From: Candidatus Eiseniibacteriota bacterium
GTDB lineage: Bacteria > Eisenbacteria > RBG-16-71-46 > DASYSL01
Reading direction: 5' to 3'
DNA length: 60,583 nucleotides
NCBI GenBank assembly: GCA_031431875.1
Contig: JANPEF010000017.1
Coordinates: forward strand, 1-60,583
The first letter of the stretch is position 1; the number at the start of each line of letters is the position of its first letter. The notes under the pieces are model-generated. The model made no database searches. It was not told the origin of the DNA and saw nothing but the letters and a program-made list of their open reading frames with translations. Below, in pieces: positions 19,880 to 30,561 of the stretch. The translations under genes and the position numbers were made by a program.

Positions 19880-20524
19880 ATGGCCGGTCCGACACGGGCA
19901 ATCCTCTTCGTCGACGGCAGCAACTGGTATCACGGTTGCAAGGCCATTGGTCTGAGGGGCATCGGCCACACGAACTTCTTCAAGGTCGCCCACAAGCTGC
20001 TCGGGCCTCGGGACCGGATCGCGACTCGCTACTATGTCGGACGCGTTCCAAGCACGGGGAACCTGGATCTGGCACGACAGCAGCAGGCTTTCCTCGGCTA
20101 CCAGCAGTCCCTGGACCGGCGATTCAGCATTCACTTCGGCAGAATCGAGACCCGCCCGCTCGAGAACTTCGCCGCCAAGGAGCTCCGCCGCTACCTCGCT
20201 GAGTTGCCCGTCCGAATCGATCCGGTCGTCTACGCGAAGCTGAGCGATATCGCCAATCGATACGCAGTCGTCGACGTGATGGTCGAAAAGGCGGTCGACG
20301 TTCAAATCGCAACCGACATGGTCCTCATGGCCGAACGAGACGAGTACGACTGCGCTTACCTGCTCTCGGCCGACGGTGACCTTACGCCTGCCGTCGAGTT
20401 CGTTCGCAAGAAAGGAAAAAAGGTCTATGTGGTCAGTGCCTCGAGCGGCGCGAGGCTCGCCGCGGCCTGTGACTCGTTCATTCGCCTCAACCTCGCCTGG
20501 TTCGACGACGTCATGGGCGGGTAG
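19880..20524 (+). CDS. NYN-domain (LabA/DUF88, PIN-like) putative RNase
   Basis: FVDGSN, EKAVDVQIATDM and LSADGDLTPA acidic active-site motifs. Confidence 0.9.
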   Translation: MAGPTRAILFVDGSNWYHGCKAIGLRGIGHTNFFKVAHKLLGPRDRIATRYYVGRVPSTGNLDLARQQQAFLGYQQSLDRRFSIHFGRIETRPLENFAAKELRRYLAELPVRIDPVVYAKLSDIANRYAVVDVMVEKAVDVQIATDMVLMAERDEYDCAYLLSADGDLTPAVEFVRKKGKKVYVVSASSGARLAAACDSFIRLNLAWFDDVMGG

Positions 20525-20563
20525 GCGGGCCGTGGCGCAGGGGGCACGGAGGTCGGCGCCTCC

Positions 20564-20593
20564 TTGACACCCGGGAATGGCCCCCCGTAGTGT
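20564..20593 (+). promoter_or_regulatory. sigma70-type promoter of the membrane protein-SBP-HK-RR operon
   Basis: TTGACA-N18-TAGTGT. Confidence 0.5.
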
Positions 20594-20673
20594 CAAACGC
20601 GCTGCGGCGCTTGGATGCGCCGCGTGTCCCGCGCCGGGGCCCGTCCGGCGTGCACGAGAGGAGCGACCTTCCC

Positions 20674-21513
20674 TTGTCGAACACACCCGCTGCGCCGGTG
20701 CCCTTCCCGGTCGGTTCGGTGCAGGGGGTTGCGAGCCGCGCCTGGGACCTGTGCCTGCGCCGCGATCCCATCGGACTCCTCGTCATCCCGTTCATCATCT
20801 TCTTCCCGGTGTACGTGTTCCTCACGTTGCTCGCCGAAGTCGTGCGTGACATCGAGCGCATCTCGCAGGAAGGGGTGCTGCTCGGCGCGGTGCTCGGCGT
20901 GCTGCCGCTGGTCGTCTTCGCGCGCGTCTTCGGCGAGGCGTGGATCCTGCTGCGCGCCGACGCGATCGCCCACGGCCGCACGATCGGCTACGGCGAGACG
21001 TTCTCCCACGCGCTGGCGCGCTCGTGGCACCTCGTCGTCGTCATGCTCGTGGTCTACGCGCTGGTGCAGGTCGGGATCTTCTTCTTCGTCATCCCGGGCA
21101 TCATCGTCTGGGTGCTGTGCTCGTTCGCCAACCAGGCCGCCGTGCTCGGACCCGGCCGGCTGTTCGCCTCGATCCGCCAGAGCCGGGACCTGGTCGAGCA
21201 CCAGGCCGGCGCGTGGCTCGGCATGGTGCTCTACTGGGTGATCGTCTTCGTCGGGCTCGGCATTCTCTCCGGCATCGTGCGCCAGACCATCGAAGGCCGC
21301 TGGCTCGGCCCCGACGGCGCGTTTCTCGCCGACCTTGCACTCGGCCTGCCGCTCCAGCTCTGCCTGCTGGTGTTCACCACGAGCTGGACGCTGTTCTACC
21401 GCGAGATCGAGGCGCGACGGGCGGTCCAGATCGAGGCGCATGCGGCGAAGGCGGCGGAGCACGCGGCATCCGAGACCGCGTCGCAGTCGGTGACCTCCTC
21501 GCACGGGCGATGA
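20674..21513 (+). CDS. polytopic membrane protein of unknown function
   Basis: about six TM segments with FFVIPGI and SIRQSRDLV motifs; TTG start after a GAGGAG RBS. Confidence 0.7.
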   Translation: MSNTPAAPVPFPVGSVQGVASRAWDLCLRRDPIGLLVIPFIIFFPVYVFLTLLAEVVRDIERISQEGVLLGAVLGVLPLVVFARVFGEAWILLRADAIAHGRTIGYGETFSHALARSWHLVVVMLVVYALVQVGIFFFVIPGIIVWVLCSFANQAAVLGPGRLFASIRQSRDLVEHQAGAWLGMVLYWVIVFVGLGILSGIVRQTIEGRWLGPDGAFLADLALGLPLQLCLLVFTTSWTLFYREIEARRAVQIEAHAAKAAEHAASETASQSVTSSHGR

Positions 21514-23321
21514 GCCGCACGCGCTCGGTCTTCCTCGTCGGCGCCCTCGTGGGCGCTCTCCTCGTTGCACGGGGCGTTGCCGCCGTTGAAGGTCCGCCGG
21601 CCGAAGGTCTTCTCGTGGTCTGGAGCACCGACAGCCTCGCCTTCGTCACGTGGCCGGAGCGCGGGGGAGCCAGTGCCGGCGCGCTCGTGTTCACCCGCGG
21701 CACCGGGCGTACCCCGCTCGACACGCTCGAGGTCGTCTGGGTGCGCGACGCCATCGCTGCGATCCGGCCCCTGCGCGGCGCGCAGCCGCCCGCGCGAGGC
21801 CAGACGGTGGCGCTCGTCGGCGCGATCGCCGAGCCGCGCGATCCCGCCCGCGGCCTCCTGCGCATCCCCATCAGCGGCAGCCCCGACGTGCTCGATCCGC
21901 TCTACGCGACCACCCTGGCCGAGAAGCAGATCGTCACGCAGCTCTTCGCGGGGCTCGTGCGGCTCGACGCGTCGCTCGCCCCGATGCCCGGCCTCGCCGC
22001 ACGCTGGAGCGTCGACGGTGCGGGCTACACCTTTTCGTTGAGCGATGACGCCCGCTTTCACGACCACCGCCCCGTCACCGCTGCCGACGTCCGTGCCACG
22101 CTCCTGCGCGCCCTCTCGCCGAAGGCACACGCTCCGCGCGTCGAGGGCCTCGCCGAAGTGATCCTGGGCGGCCGCGCGTACCACTCCGGCACGGTCGACA
22201 CTCTGGAGGGCGTCCGCATCATCGATCCGCGCACTCTCGAGATCACCGCGAGCAGCCCGCGTGCGCCGTTGCTCGGCGAGCTGGCCGCACCGGCCGCGAT
22301 GATCGTCCCCGCCGGCACGCCGCCATCGCCGATGGACGAACGCACGCTGCTTGCCGCACAATCCGGCCCCTTCTACATCACCGGCACGACCGCGCGCGCG
22401 CTCAGCCTCGCGGCCGCACCGGGCCGCAGCGGCGGCCCTGCCGGGCTCGACCTGGTGCGTGTCGACGGCCCCTCGGACGCCGCGGTCGAGTTCGAGCTCG
22501 GTCGCCTCGACCTGGTCGCGCCGCCGCAGGCGATCGCCGGCCGGTTGCAGGCCGCCGGCGGGGTGCGCGCGAACGAGCTCACCTGCGACGAGGTCGCCAC
22601 CTACTACCTGGGCTTCGACACGCGCCGGCCGTTCCTCGCCGACCGCGAGCATCGCCGCGTGCTCGCCGGCCTGATCGATCGCGCGCTCGCCGTGCGCGTG
22701 CTCGTTCCCGGGCGGGGTCGCCTCGCCGGTGGGCTCCTGCCGCCGTTGTTTGGCGTGCCCGCCCCGCCCGAGAGCGCGTGGATGATGCCGCGGGCGCTGG
22801 CCGAGACGCGGGCGCGCGGCGGCTTCGGCGGCAAGGCGCCCGAGCTGTCGTTGTGGATCCCGGTTGGCAGCGAGGTCGGCATGCGCCTGGCCGAGTACGT
22901 GACCGCTGCGTGGCGGCGCTCGGGCCTGCGCGTCACCATCGTCGAGCGCGCATGGCCGGAGTTCCGCCGCGGCGTCGCCGCGGGCGAGGCCGACGTCTTC
23001 TACTGGTCGTGGTTCGCCGACGGTCCGGATCCGGTCGCCTTCCTCGCGTCGATGACCGCCAGCGATCGTCGCGGCGACGGCGGCAACCGCACGCAGTACG
23101 CGAACGCAAGTGTCGATCGCGAACTCGCGGCCGCGCGTGGCGCGCCAAGCGACATCGCGGCAACGCAGGCGCTGCGCCGCGCCGAGCTCCTGGCGCTGGC
23201 CGACGCGCCGCTCGTTCCGCTGTTCCATCCGGTCAACGTGACGCTCGTGCGACCGGGCGTGTCGGGCCTCGTGCTCGATCCGCTGGGTGCGCCGCGCTAC
23301 GACACCGTCGAGGTGCGCTGA
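21510..23321 (+). CDS. ABC-type peptide/nickel (family 5) substrate-binding protein with an N-terminal extension
   Basis: LDP..., LFAGLV, PGLA..W, A.FHD.RPVTAADV and GPF motifs; signal peptide. Confidence 0.85.
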   Translation: MSRTRSVFLVGALVGALLVARGVAAVEGPPAEGLLVVWSTDSLAFVTWPERGGASAGALVFTRGTGRTPLDTLEVVWVRDAIAAIRPLRGAQPPARGQTVALVGAIAEPRDPARGLLRIPISGSPDVLDPLYATTLAEKQIVTQLFAGLVRLDASLAPMPGLAARWSVDGAGYTFSLSDDARFHDHRPVTAADVRATLLRALSPKAHAPRVEGLAEVILGGRAYHSGTVDTLEGVRIIDPRTLEITASSPRAPLLGELAAPAAMIVPAGTPPSPMDERTLLAAQSGPFYITGTTARALSLAAAPGRSGGPAGLDLVRVDGPSDAAVEFELGRLDLVAPPQAIAGRLQAAGGVRANELTCDEVATYYLGFDTRRPFLADREHRRVLAGLIDRALAVRVLVPGRGRLAGGLLPPLFGVPAPPESAWMMPRALAETRARGGFGGKAPELSLWIPVGSEVGMRLAEYVTAAWRRSGLRVTIVERAWPEFRRGVAAGEADVFYWSWFADGPDPVAFLASMTASDRRGDGGNRTQYANASVDRELAAARGAPSDIAATQALRRAELLALADAPLVPLFHPVNVTLVRPGVSGLVLDPLGAPRYDTVEVR

Positions 23322-25147
23322 TGCTGCGCGGCGGGCGGCTGACGCGCCGACTGGTGCTGGCGTTCCTGTTCGTGGCGCTGGTGCCGCTCGGGCTGCTGGC
23401 CGTGTTCGGACCGCGCATCGTGCGGCGGCAGTTCGAGACCCTGTCGCACCAGCGGATCGCCGGCGTGCACCAGGCGGTGCTGCACGACCTCGAGACGCGC
23501 CGCGAGACCGCGCGCCTGCGCATCGAGGCGCTGGCCGCGTCGCCCGACCTCGCGCGGCAGTTGCAGTTGGCCGCGGTGGGGGGCGCGCCGCCGCTCGAGC
23601 TGATTGACGCCACCGTCGAGCGCCGCACCGCCTCGGGGATCGCCTGGCTCGAGGTGACCGATGCCGAGGGCATGGTGCTGGCGCGTGGCCACGATCGCGG
23701 CGCGTTCGGTTTCTCGGTCGCGGACGATCCCCTGGTTGCCGCCGCGCGCACCGGACTGAGCCTCGCGGCCGTCGTGCCGCTGGCCGCGCCCGACAGCGGG
23801 CTCGCTCTGCTGGCCGCCGCACCCGTGACCGTGCAGGGCACGATCGTCGGCGTGGTCCGTGGCGGCGACCTGCTCGATCGCTCGTTCGTCGGCCACGTGC
23901 ACACGCTCGCGGGGGCCCAGATCGCGGTGCTCGACTCGGCGGGGCGCTCGCTCGCGGCGTCGTTGCCCGAAGGCGCGCTTGCGTTCGCCGCAGCGACGGC
24001 GCCGCGTCCGCCGGCCGCTGCGAAAGCCGACGAGGCCGCCGAGGAGGACTCGACGACGCGCATCGTCTTCGACGGGGTGCCGTATCGCGTCGCCGCAGTG
24101 CCGTTGGAAGGCGCGGCCGGCCGCCCCGTGGGACGGCTTGCTGTCGGTGTCTCCGAGGCCGACCTCGAGCGCACGCTCGAGTCTCTGCTGCGCCTGCTCG
24201 CCGGGGCCACGCTGATCGGGCTGTTCGTCGCCATCGGCGTCGCGCTTGTCATCGCCGAGCGCGTGACACGCCCGGTGAGGGCACTCGCCCACGCCGCCCA
24301 GCGCGTCGCGCGCGGCGACCTGGGCGTGCGCCTGCCGCCCGGCCCCAACGACGAGGTGGGGGACCTGATGGGCGCGTTCAACGCGATGACCGTGGACCTG
24401 GCCGCCAATCGCGAGCGGCTGGTGCGTGGCGAGCGCCAGTCGGCGTGGGCGCAGGTGGCGCGCCGACTCGCGCACGAGATCAAGAATCCGCTCACGCCGA
24501 TCGTGCTCGCCGTCGAGGAGGTGGAGCGCGCCTACGCCCGTGGCGACACCGACCTCGGCCCGGTGATCGCCCGCGCCGCACGCACGACCCGCAGCGAGAC
24601 GCACGTCATCCGCCAGCTCGTCGACGAGTTCGGCGATTTCGCGCGCAGCCCCGCGCCGCGACCCGAGTCCGTCGACGCGCACGAGCTGCTCGACCAGGCG
24701 GCCGACCTGTACGCCCCTTCGACGGTGACCGTCGATCGCGACTACGATCCGGATGGCGGCACGATCACCGCCGACCCCGCGCTGCTGGCGCGCGCGTTCG
24801 GCAACCTGGTCAAGAACGCGTGTGAGGCGATGGACGGCCGCGGCACGCTCACGCTGCGCACGCGCCACGGCGCCGACGACCTGACCGTGACCTGCGGCGA
24901 CGAGGGGCCTGGCGTGGCGGCCGAGGATGCCGAGAAGATCTTCACGCCTTACTTCACGACCAAGGCCGACGGAACCGGGCTGGGCCTGGCCATCGTGCGT
25001 CGCATCGTCGAGGATCATGGCGGAACGCTCTCGCTCGCGCCGCCGCCGGCGGGCGCGGCCTCGGATGCAGGCGGCGCGCGCTTCGTCGTGAAGCTGCCCC
25101 TGCGGCCGCCGGCCGCTTCAACCGAGCCCGCAACGGAGACCGCCTGA
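23321..25147 (+). CDS. HAMP-containing sensor histidine kinase (NtrY-like)
   Basis: two TM segments, HAMP, H-box RRLAHEIKNPLTPI, NLVKNA and FTTKADGTGLGL. Confidence 0.92.
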   Translation: MLRGGRLTRRLVLAFLFVALVPLGLLAVFGPRIVRRQFETLSHQRIAGVHQAVLHDLETRRETARLRIEALAASPDLARQLQLAAVGGAPPLELIDATVERRTASGIAWLEVTDAEGMVLARGHDRGAFGFSVADDPLVAAARTGLSLAAVVPLAAPDSGLALLAAAPVTVQGTIVGVVRGGDLLDRSFVGHVHTLAGAQIAVLDSAGRSLAASLPEGALAFAAATAPRPPAAAKADEAAEEDSTTRIVFDGVPYRVAAVPLEGAAGRPVGRLAVGVSEADLERTLESLLRLLAGATLIGLFVAIGVALVIAERVTRPVRALAHAAQRVARGDLGVRLPPGPNDEVGDLMGAFNAMTVDLAANRERLVRGERQSAWAQVARRLAHEIKNPLTPIVLAVEEVERAYARGDTDLGPVIARAARTTRSETHVIRQLVDEFGDFARSPAPRPESVDAHELLDQAADLYAPSTVTVDRDYDPDGGTITADPALLARAFGNLVKNACEAMDGRGTLTLRTRHGADDLTVTCGDEGPGVAAEDAEKIFTPYFTTKADGTGLGLAIVRRIVEDHGGTLSLAPPPAGAASDAGGARFVVKLPLRPPAASTEPATETA

Positions 25148-25148
25148 C

Positions 25149-26585
<1,437 letters not shown>

Positions 26586-26601
26586 TCCGGGAGCGAGACG
26601 A

Positions 26602-26761
26602 CCAGCGGGCCGCGGCTCACGTGCAGTTGTGAAGTCCGGAGGGGACGACTCTCCCGCGGGAGTGCGTACGACTCGTACGATTCGTACACAACGTACAAAC
26701 CGTACGCAGCTCTCGGGAGGACCCCACGATCCGTGGGCTTTACAACCCTGGTGCGGCCTGG
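26602..26761. repeat. long imperfect inverted repeat containing five CGTAC units at exact 9-bp spacing
   Basis: nested arms GTTGTGAAGTCC/GGGCTTTACAAC, CTCCCG/CGGGAG, TGCGTACG/CGTACGCA; CGTAC at 26665, 26674, 26683, 26692 and 26701. Confidence 0.7.
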
Positions 26762-26772
26762 CGGCCGCACCG

Positions 26773-27600
26773 TCATCGCGAGAACGTGTACGACGCCCAC
26801 GTGCTTTCCCAGTCGGCCATCTGCAGATCGGCCGAGGGGACCATGTGCACCGTGCTCACCAGCCACTCGCCCGGGCCCGCCAGCAGCAGCACGCCGTAGC
26901 CCTTGCCGTCGGTGCGCACCTCCGACGAACGACCCACGGAATCGCGCGGTGCGCCCGCCGGGTGATGCCACGCGCGGACCAGCACGGCGGGCAGCGGCTT
27001 CCCCAGGTAGCTCACGGTGAACGCGAAGCGATCGGTCGAGCCGGGCACCTGCTGCGGCAGGATCTCGAGCGGCATGCCGACCGGCTTGACCGCCCGGCCG
27101 CGGTCCGACTTCGTCCCCGCGATCCACGTCTTGCAGGCGCGGCGATAGCGCTCGCGCCCGGGCTCGAGCGTCTCGATCCTGGCGGCGCGCACGCGGCGCA
27201 CCTCCTCGAGCCCTTCGAGCTTGAGGTAGGCGTCGAACTCCGGGCCCGGCAGCTCGATCGGCGCGAAGTTCGACTGGTAGGCGATCAGCGCGCCGCCCGT
27301 GCCCTGCAGCGTTCCCGTCGCCCACGTCGAGTCACCCTCGCGGGCCTGCGGACGCAGGTCGGTGATCGGCCCCTGCTTCCCCTGTGCCCCGCCGCGCAGT
27401 TCGAAGCGCACCACGCGGGTGGCCACGTACGGCCGCACCTCGCCGTGGAATCCGGTGCCCACGGAGCCGGCGACGGACCACTTCGCTCCGGCAGGGCCGC
27501 CGCTGATCGAAGGTGCAAGCCAGTACTCGTGCGCGGCGGCGGGGGAACCCGGCGCAAGCAGGGAGACGAGAGCGGTGAGCAGGGCCAACGGACGGAGCAT
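26773..27600 (-). CDS. DUF4198-family periplasmic protein
   Basis: signal peptide then AHEYWL; RERYRRACKT, GMPLEILP, TDGKG and WESTWASYTF motifs. Confidence 0.8.
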   Translation of the reverse strand: MLRPLALLTALVSLLAPGSPAAAHEYWLAPSISGGPAGAKWSVAGSVGTGFHGEVRPYVATRVVRFELRGGAQGKQGPITDLRPQAREGDSTWATGTLQGTGGALIAYQSNFAPIELPGPEFDAYLKLEGLEEVRRVRAARIETLEPGRERYRRACKTWIAGTKSDRGRAVKPVGMPLEILPQQVPGSTDRFAFTVSYLGKPLPAVLVRAWHHPAGAPRDSVGRSSEVRTDGKGYGVLLLAGPGEWLVSTVHMVPSADLQMADWESTWASYTFSR

Positions 27601-27662
27601 GGGCGAGATCCTTTCGCGCGGAGTACGGCGGTCGTGGGGCGGTGGTTGGCGGGGACAGCGTA

Positions 27663-27701
27663 ACAGGAAATGAAAGAGGGGCGGAGCTTGCGCCCCGCCC
27701 C
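27663..27701 (-). terminator. intrinsic terminator of the P-domain gene
   Basis: GC stem with GCAA loop followed by a U-rich tract on the minus strand. Confidence 0.65.
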
Positions 27702-27733
27702 CCAAACTGCCCTGCGTCGCTGTGCTCCGCAGT

Positions 27734-28462
27734 TTAGCGATAGATGTTCTTCACCTGGCCCCACGACGCATCCGTCGCCGACACCGGGCGCTGGTTGCGC
27801 ACGTAGATCGCCCAGCCCAGGATCGAGCCGAGGTCCGCCGCGGCGTTGTCGGAGGCGTGGATGTACCAGCAGCCGCCCTTGGGCAGGCCGCGCCAGATCG
27901 AAAACGGCGAACCGCCCTGGTCCGACTGCTTGTAGCAGCCGCCGGCCAGCGCCGCCAGGCAGTTGGCGCCGACACCCAGCGGATTCACGGCGTCATCGCT
28001 GAACATGTAGACGTTCGCAGCGGCGAGGTCGCCCGAGCAGCCGAAGCCGGTTCCCGTACCGCACGGGATCGGAGCCGCCGCCGAGCTCCCACGCGGACGG
28101 CACACCACGCGCGCGGTGGTCGGCGCGCCGGGGCCCGAGCAATCCGGGTCGTACGAGAGGTCGAGGATGATGTCGCCGATCCACGTGTGCGTCCAGTTCA
28201 TCTCGAGGATCACGTCGTTGACGATGTCGCCGTCCGGCGGCATGAAGATCGGTCCGAGCGTGACACCGGCATCGTCATTGTCGGGAATCGCGACGGGCGC
28301 GGGATAGACGATGCGCTCGGTCTTGTAGCCGCCGATGTCGCAGTTCGGGCCGATATCGGTCCCGGGAAGAGCGTCCTCGTCCTTGGTCTGCGCGAACGAG
28401 AGCGTCGAGCCGAGCATGAGCCCGGCGCAGGCGAGAACCATCGTGGTACGCAATGCTTTCAT
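27734..28462 (-). CDS. secreted proprotein-convertase P-domain-like protein with C-terminal SWGQVKNIYR tail
   Basis: signal peptide; AIPDN, HTWIGD..L.L and G.W....D.A..D.G....W P-domain pattern; Cys-rich. Confidence 0.75.
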   Translation of the reverse strand: MKALRTTMVLACAGLMLGSTLSFAQTKDEDALPGTDIGPNCDIGGYKTERIVYPAPVAIPDNDDAGVTLGPIFMPPDGDIVNDVILEMNWTHTWIGDIILDLSYDPDCSGPGAPTTARVVCRPRGSSAAAPIPCGTGTGFGCSGDLAAANVYMFSDDAVNPLGVGANCLAALAGGCYKQSDQGGSPFSIWRGLPKGGCWYIHASDNAAADLGSILGWAIYVRNQRPVSATDASWGQVKNIYR

Positions 28463-28800
28463 GACTACCTCCAGAGGATCCTTCAGGCGGAGGGACAGCA
28501 AATGGACGCGGGGGGGTGGCCCTGAGGGTTCAAAATCGAAGGGTGCGAGGGCAGGGGGGCCGGATACCGCATCTGGGTTGTGGCAGCCAACTATGGGCCC
28601 GGAGTGCACTCCTGCCAACGAATTTCTTGCATGGACTAACACGATGCAGGTCCTCCGAGGATCGTGAGGGCGCGTGGGCGTGGCCCGTCAGACACACGGC
28701 CCGCGGTGGTCGGTCGGGAAAGAGGCCTAACCCTGCTTCGCTACATGGCTTCGCCGGGATGGCACGGTTCGTGGACTTCTCTGCGGCGGAGGGAATGACC

Positions 28801-29409
28801 ATGTGGACCGACCGACGCACCATTGCCCGCAGCCTTGGAGTCGCACTCAGCCCCGTCGCCTTGCTCGCCGCGTCCGCGCCGGCGGCGCTCGCCTTCACCT
28901 TCGAGACGTTCGACTTCGACGGCGCGGTGATCGCGCTGCCGGTGGCGCCACCCGAGACCCTGCACATCGTGATCAACGTTCCGGCCCGGCGGTTGTTCCT
29001 GATCGAGGGGTCGACCCTGGTCGCCAGTTGGCCCGTCGCGGTCGGGCGTCCGGCGACCCCGACGCCCGTCGGCCGCTTCCAGATTCTGCAGATGACGAAG
29101 GACCCGACGTGGGCGCCCAGGGGCCGCCCGTCCGTCCCTCCGGGCCCCAGGAATCCGCTGGGAAATCGCTGGATGCGGATCTCGAAAGACGGCTACGGAA
29201 TCCATGCGACGAACGACCCCGGATCGATCGGATTTGCCCGGTCGCACGGCTGCATCCGCATGCAGGTGGCGGACGCGGAGGCGCTCTACGCGCGGGTTCT
29301 GGTCGGGACGCCCGTCGAAATCGTGTACCAGCTACATGGCTGGGAGGACGAGGTGGGCCCGGTGACCTATCCCGATCTGTACGCTCTTGCTGTACAAACT
29401 CTCCCTTGA
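28801..29409 (+). CDS. L,D-transpeptidase (YkuD family)
   Basis: PVAVGR..TPTP.G, NPLG.RW and [16 protein letters not shown] catalytic motif; GGAGG RBS. Confidence 0.9.
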   Translation: MWTDRRTIARSLGVALSPVALLAASAPAALAFTFETFDFDGAVIALPVAPPETLHIVINVPARRLFLIEGSTLVASWPVAVGRPATPTPVGRFQILQMTKDPTWAPRGRPSVPPGPRNPLGNRWMRISKDGYGIHATNDPGSIGFARSHGCIRMQVADAEALYARVLVGTPVEIVYQLHGWEDEVGPVTYPDLYALAVQTLP

Positions 29410-29467
29410 CGCACAAGAGAGGCTGTGGCACTTTGGAACGTGGGGAGAGGAAGGCAGGGCCGCACTG

Positions 29468-30466
29468 TTGTCCACCATCGAGACGTCACCATGGCAGGCG
29501 TCGTCGCCGGCCTATGGGGATATCCTTGGCGCGACCGGGAAGATGCAGCGCATCTTCCGGCTCGTTGGCAAGGTAGCCCCGACCGAGAGCACCGTTCTCA
29601 TCCTCGGAGAGAGCGGCACGGGCAAGGAACTCATCGCCCGGGCACTGCATCTCCAGAGCAAGCGTGCGCAGGGCGCCTTCGTGCCCGTCAACTGCGCGTC
29701 GCTCCCTGAAAACCTGATCGAAAGCGAACTCTTCGGCTACGTGCGCGGCGCCTTCACGGGTGCGGCGGCGGGCCGGCGTGGCCTGATCGAAGAAGCCGAC
29801 GGCGGAACGTTGTTCCTCGACGAGATCGGGGACATGCCGCTGGCGACCCAGGTCAAGCTGCTGCGCTTCCTCGAGAACTCCGAGGTCCGCCGCCTCGGCG
29901 ACAACGAGACCCGCATCGTCGACGTTCGCGTCGTCGCCGCGACCAACGTCGACATCAAGCGCCTGCTCTCCGAGGGTCGCTTTCGCGAGGACCTGTACTA
30001 CCGCCTCAACGTCGTCATGATCGAGTTGCCGTCGTTGCGCGAGCGTCGCGAGGACATTCCGCTGCTGGCGGGATACTTCCTCGAGAAGTACGCGCGTCGC
30101 TCGGGCCGAGTGATCGAGGGCTTCGCCGAGGACGCGAAGGCGGCGCTGCTGCGCTACGACTACCCGGGCAACGTCCGCGAACTGGAGAACGCCATCCAGC
30201 GCGCAGTCACGCTCGTCGAGGGCAAGGAGATCGCGAAATCCGACCTCCCACCACAGTTCTCGCAGGCGGCGACGCTGCCCGCGGGCAACAACAATGAGGA
30301 TGCACGGGATGCCTGGTCGCTCGAGGACCTCGAGCGCGAGCACATCACGCGGGTCCTGCAGCGCCAGAAGGGCAACCTGACGAACACGGCACGCCAGCTC
30401 GGCATCTCGCGCACGACGCTGTGGCGCAAGATGCACAAGTACCACATGGTGCGGCCGGCGAGCTGA
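29468..30466 (+). CDS. sigma54 enhancer-binding protein lacking an N-terminal regulatory domain
   Basis: [24 protein letters not shown] and Fis-type HTH; start uncertain (TTG 29468). Confidence 0.85.
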   Translation: MSTIETSPWQASSPAYGDILGATGKMQRIFRLVGKVAPTESTVLILGESGTGKELIARALHLQSKRAQGAFVPVNCASLPENLIESELFGYVRGAFTGAAAGRRGLIEEADGGTLFLDEIGDMPLATQVKLLRFLENSEVRRLGDNETRIVDVRVVAATNVDIKRLLSEGRFREDLYYRLNVVMIELPSLRERREDIPLLAGYFLEKYARRSGRVIEGFAEDAKAALLRYDYPGNVRELENAIQRAVTLVEGKEIAKSDLPPQFSQAATLPAGNNNEDARDAWSLEDLEREHITRVLQRQKGNLTNTARQLGISRTTLWRKMHKYHMVRPAS

Positions 30467-30485
30467 ACCCAACGTTTCGGTCGAC

Positions 30486-30534
30486 AGGGGCGTTCCCCGC
30501 GCGGCACCATGCGGGGGAGCGCCCCTCTTTTTTT
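30486..30534 (+). terminator. intrinsic terminator
   Basis: AGGGGCGTTCCCCGC...GCGGGGGAGCGCCCCT followed by a T7 tract. Confidence 0.8.
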
Positions 30535-30561
30535 CCGGCGCACGGAAAGGAGATCCATCCG

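Noticed and set aside
26626..26746. GTTGTG...TACAAC ends resembling a type VI/II CRISPR repeat
   Set aside because: Single inverted pair, no repeat-spacer periodicity and no cas genes
28601..28612. 12-bp palindrome GGAGTGCACTCC in a divergent promoter region
   Set aside because: Could be an operator, but it is single and short enough to arise by chance in 60 kb
28760..28775. Possible sigma54 promoter TGGCACGGTTCGTGG before the L,D-transpeptidase
   Set aside because: The -24 element matches but the conserved -12 GC is GG
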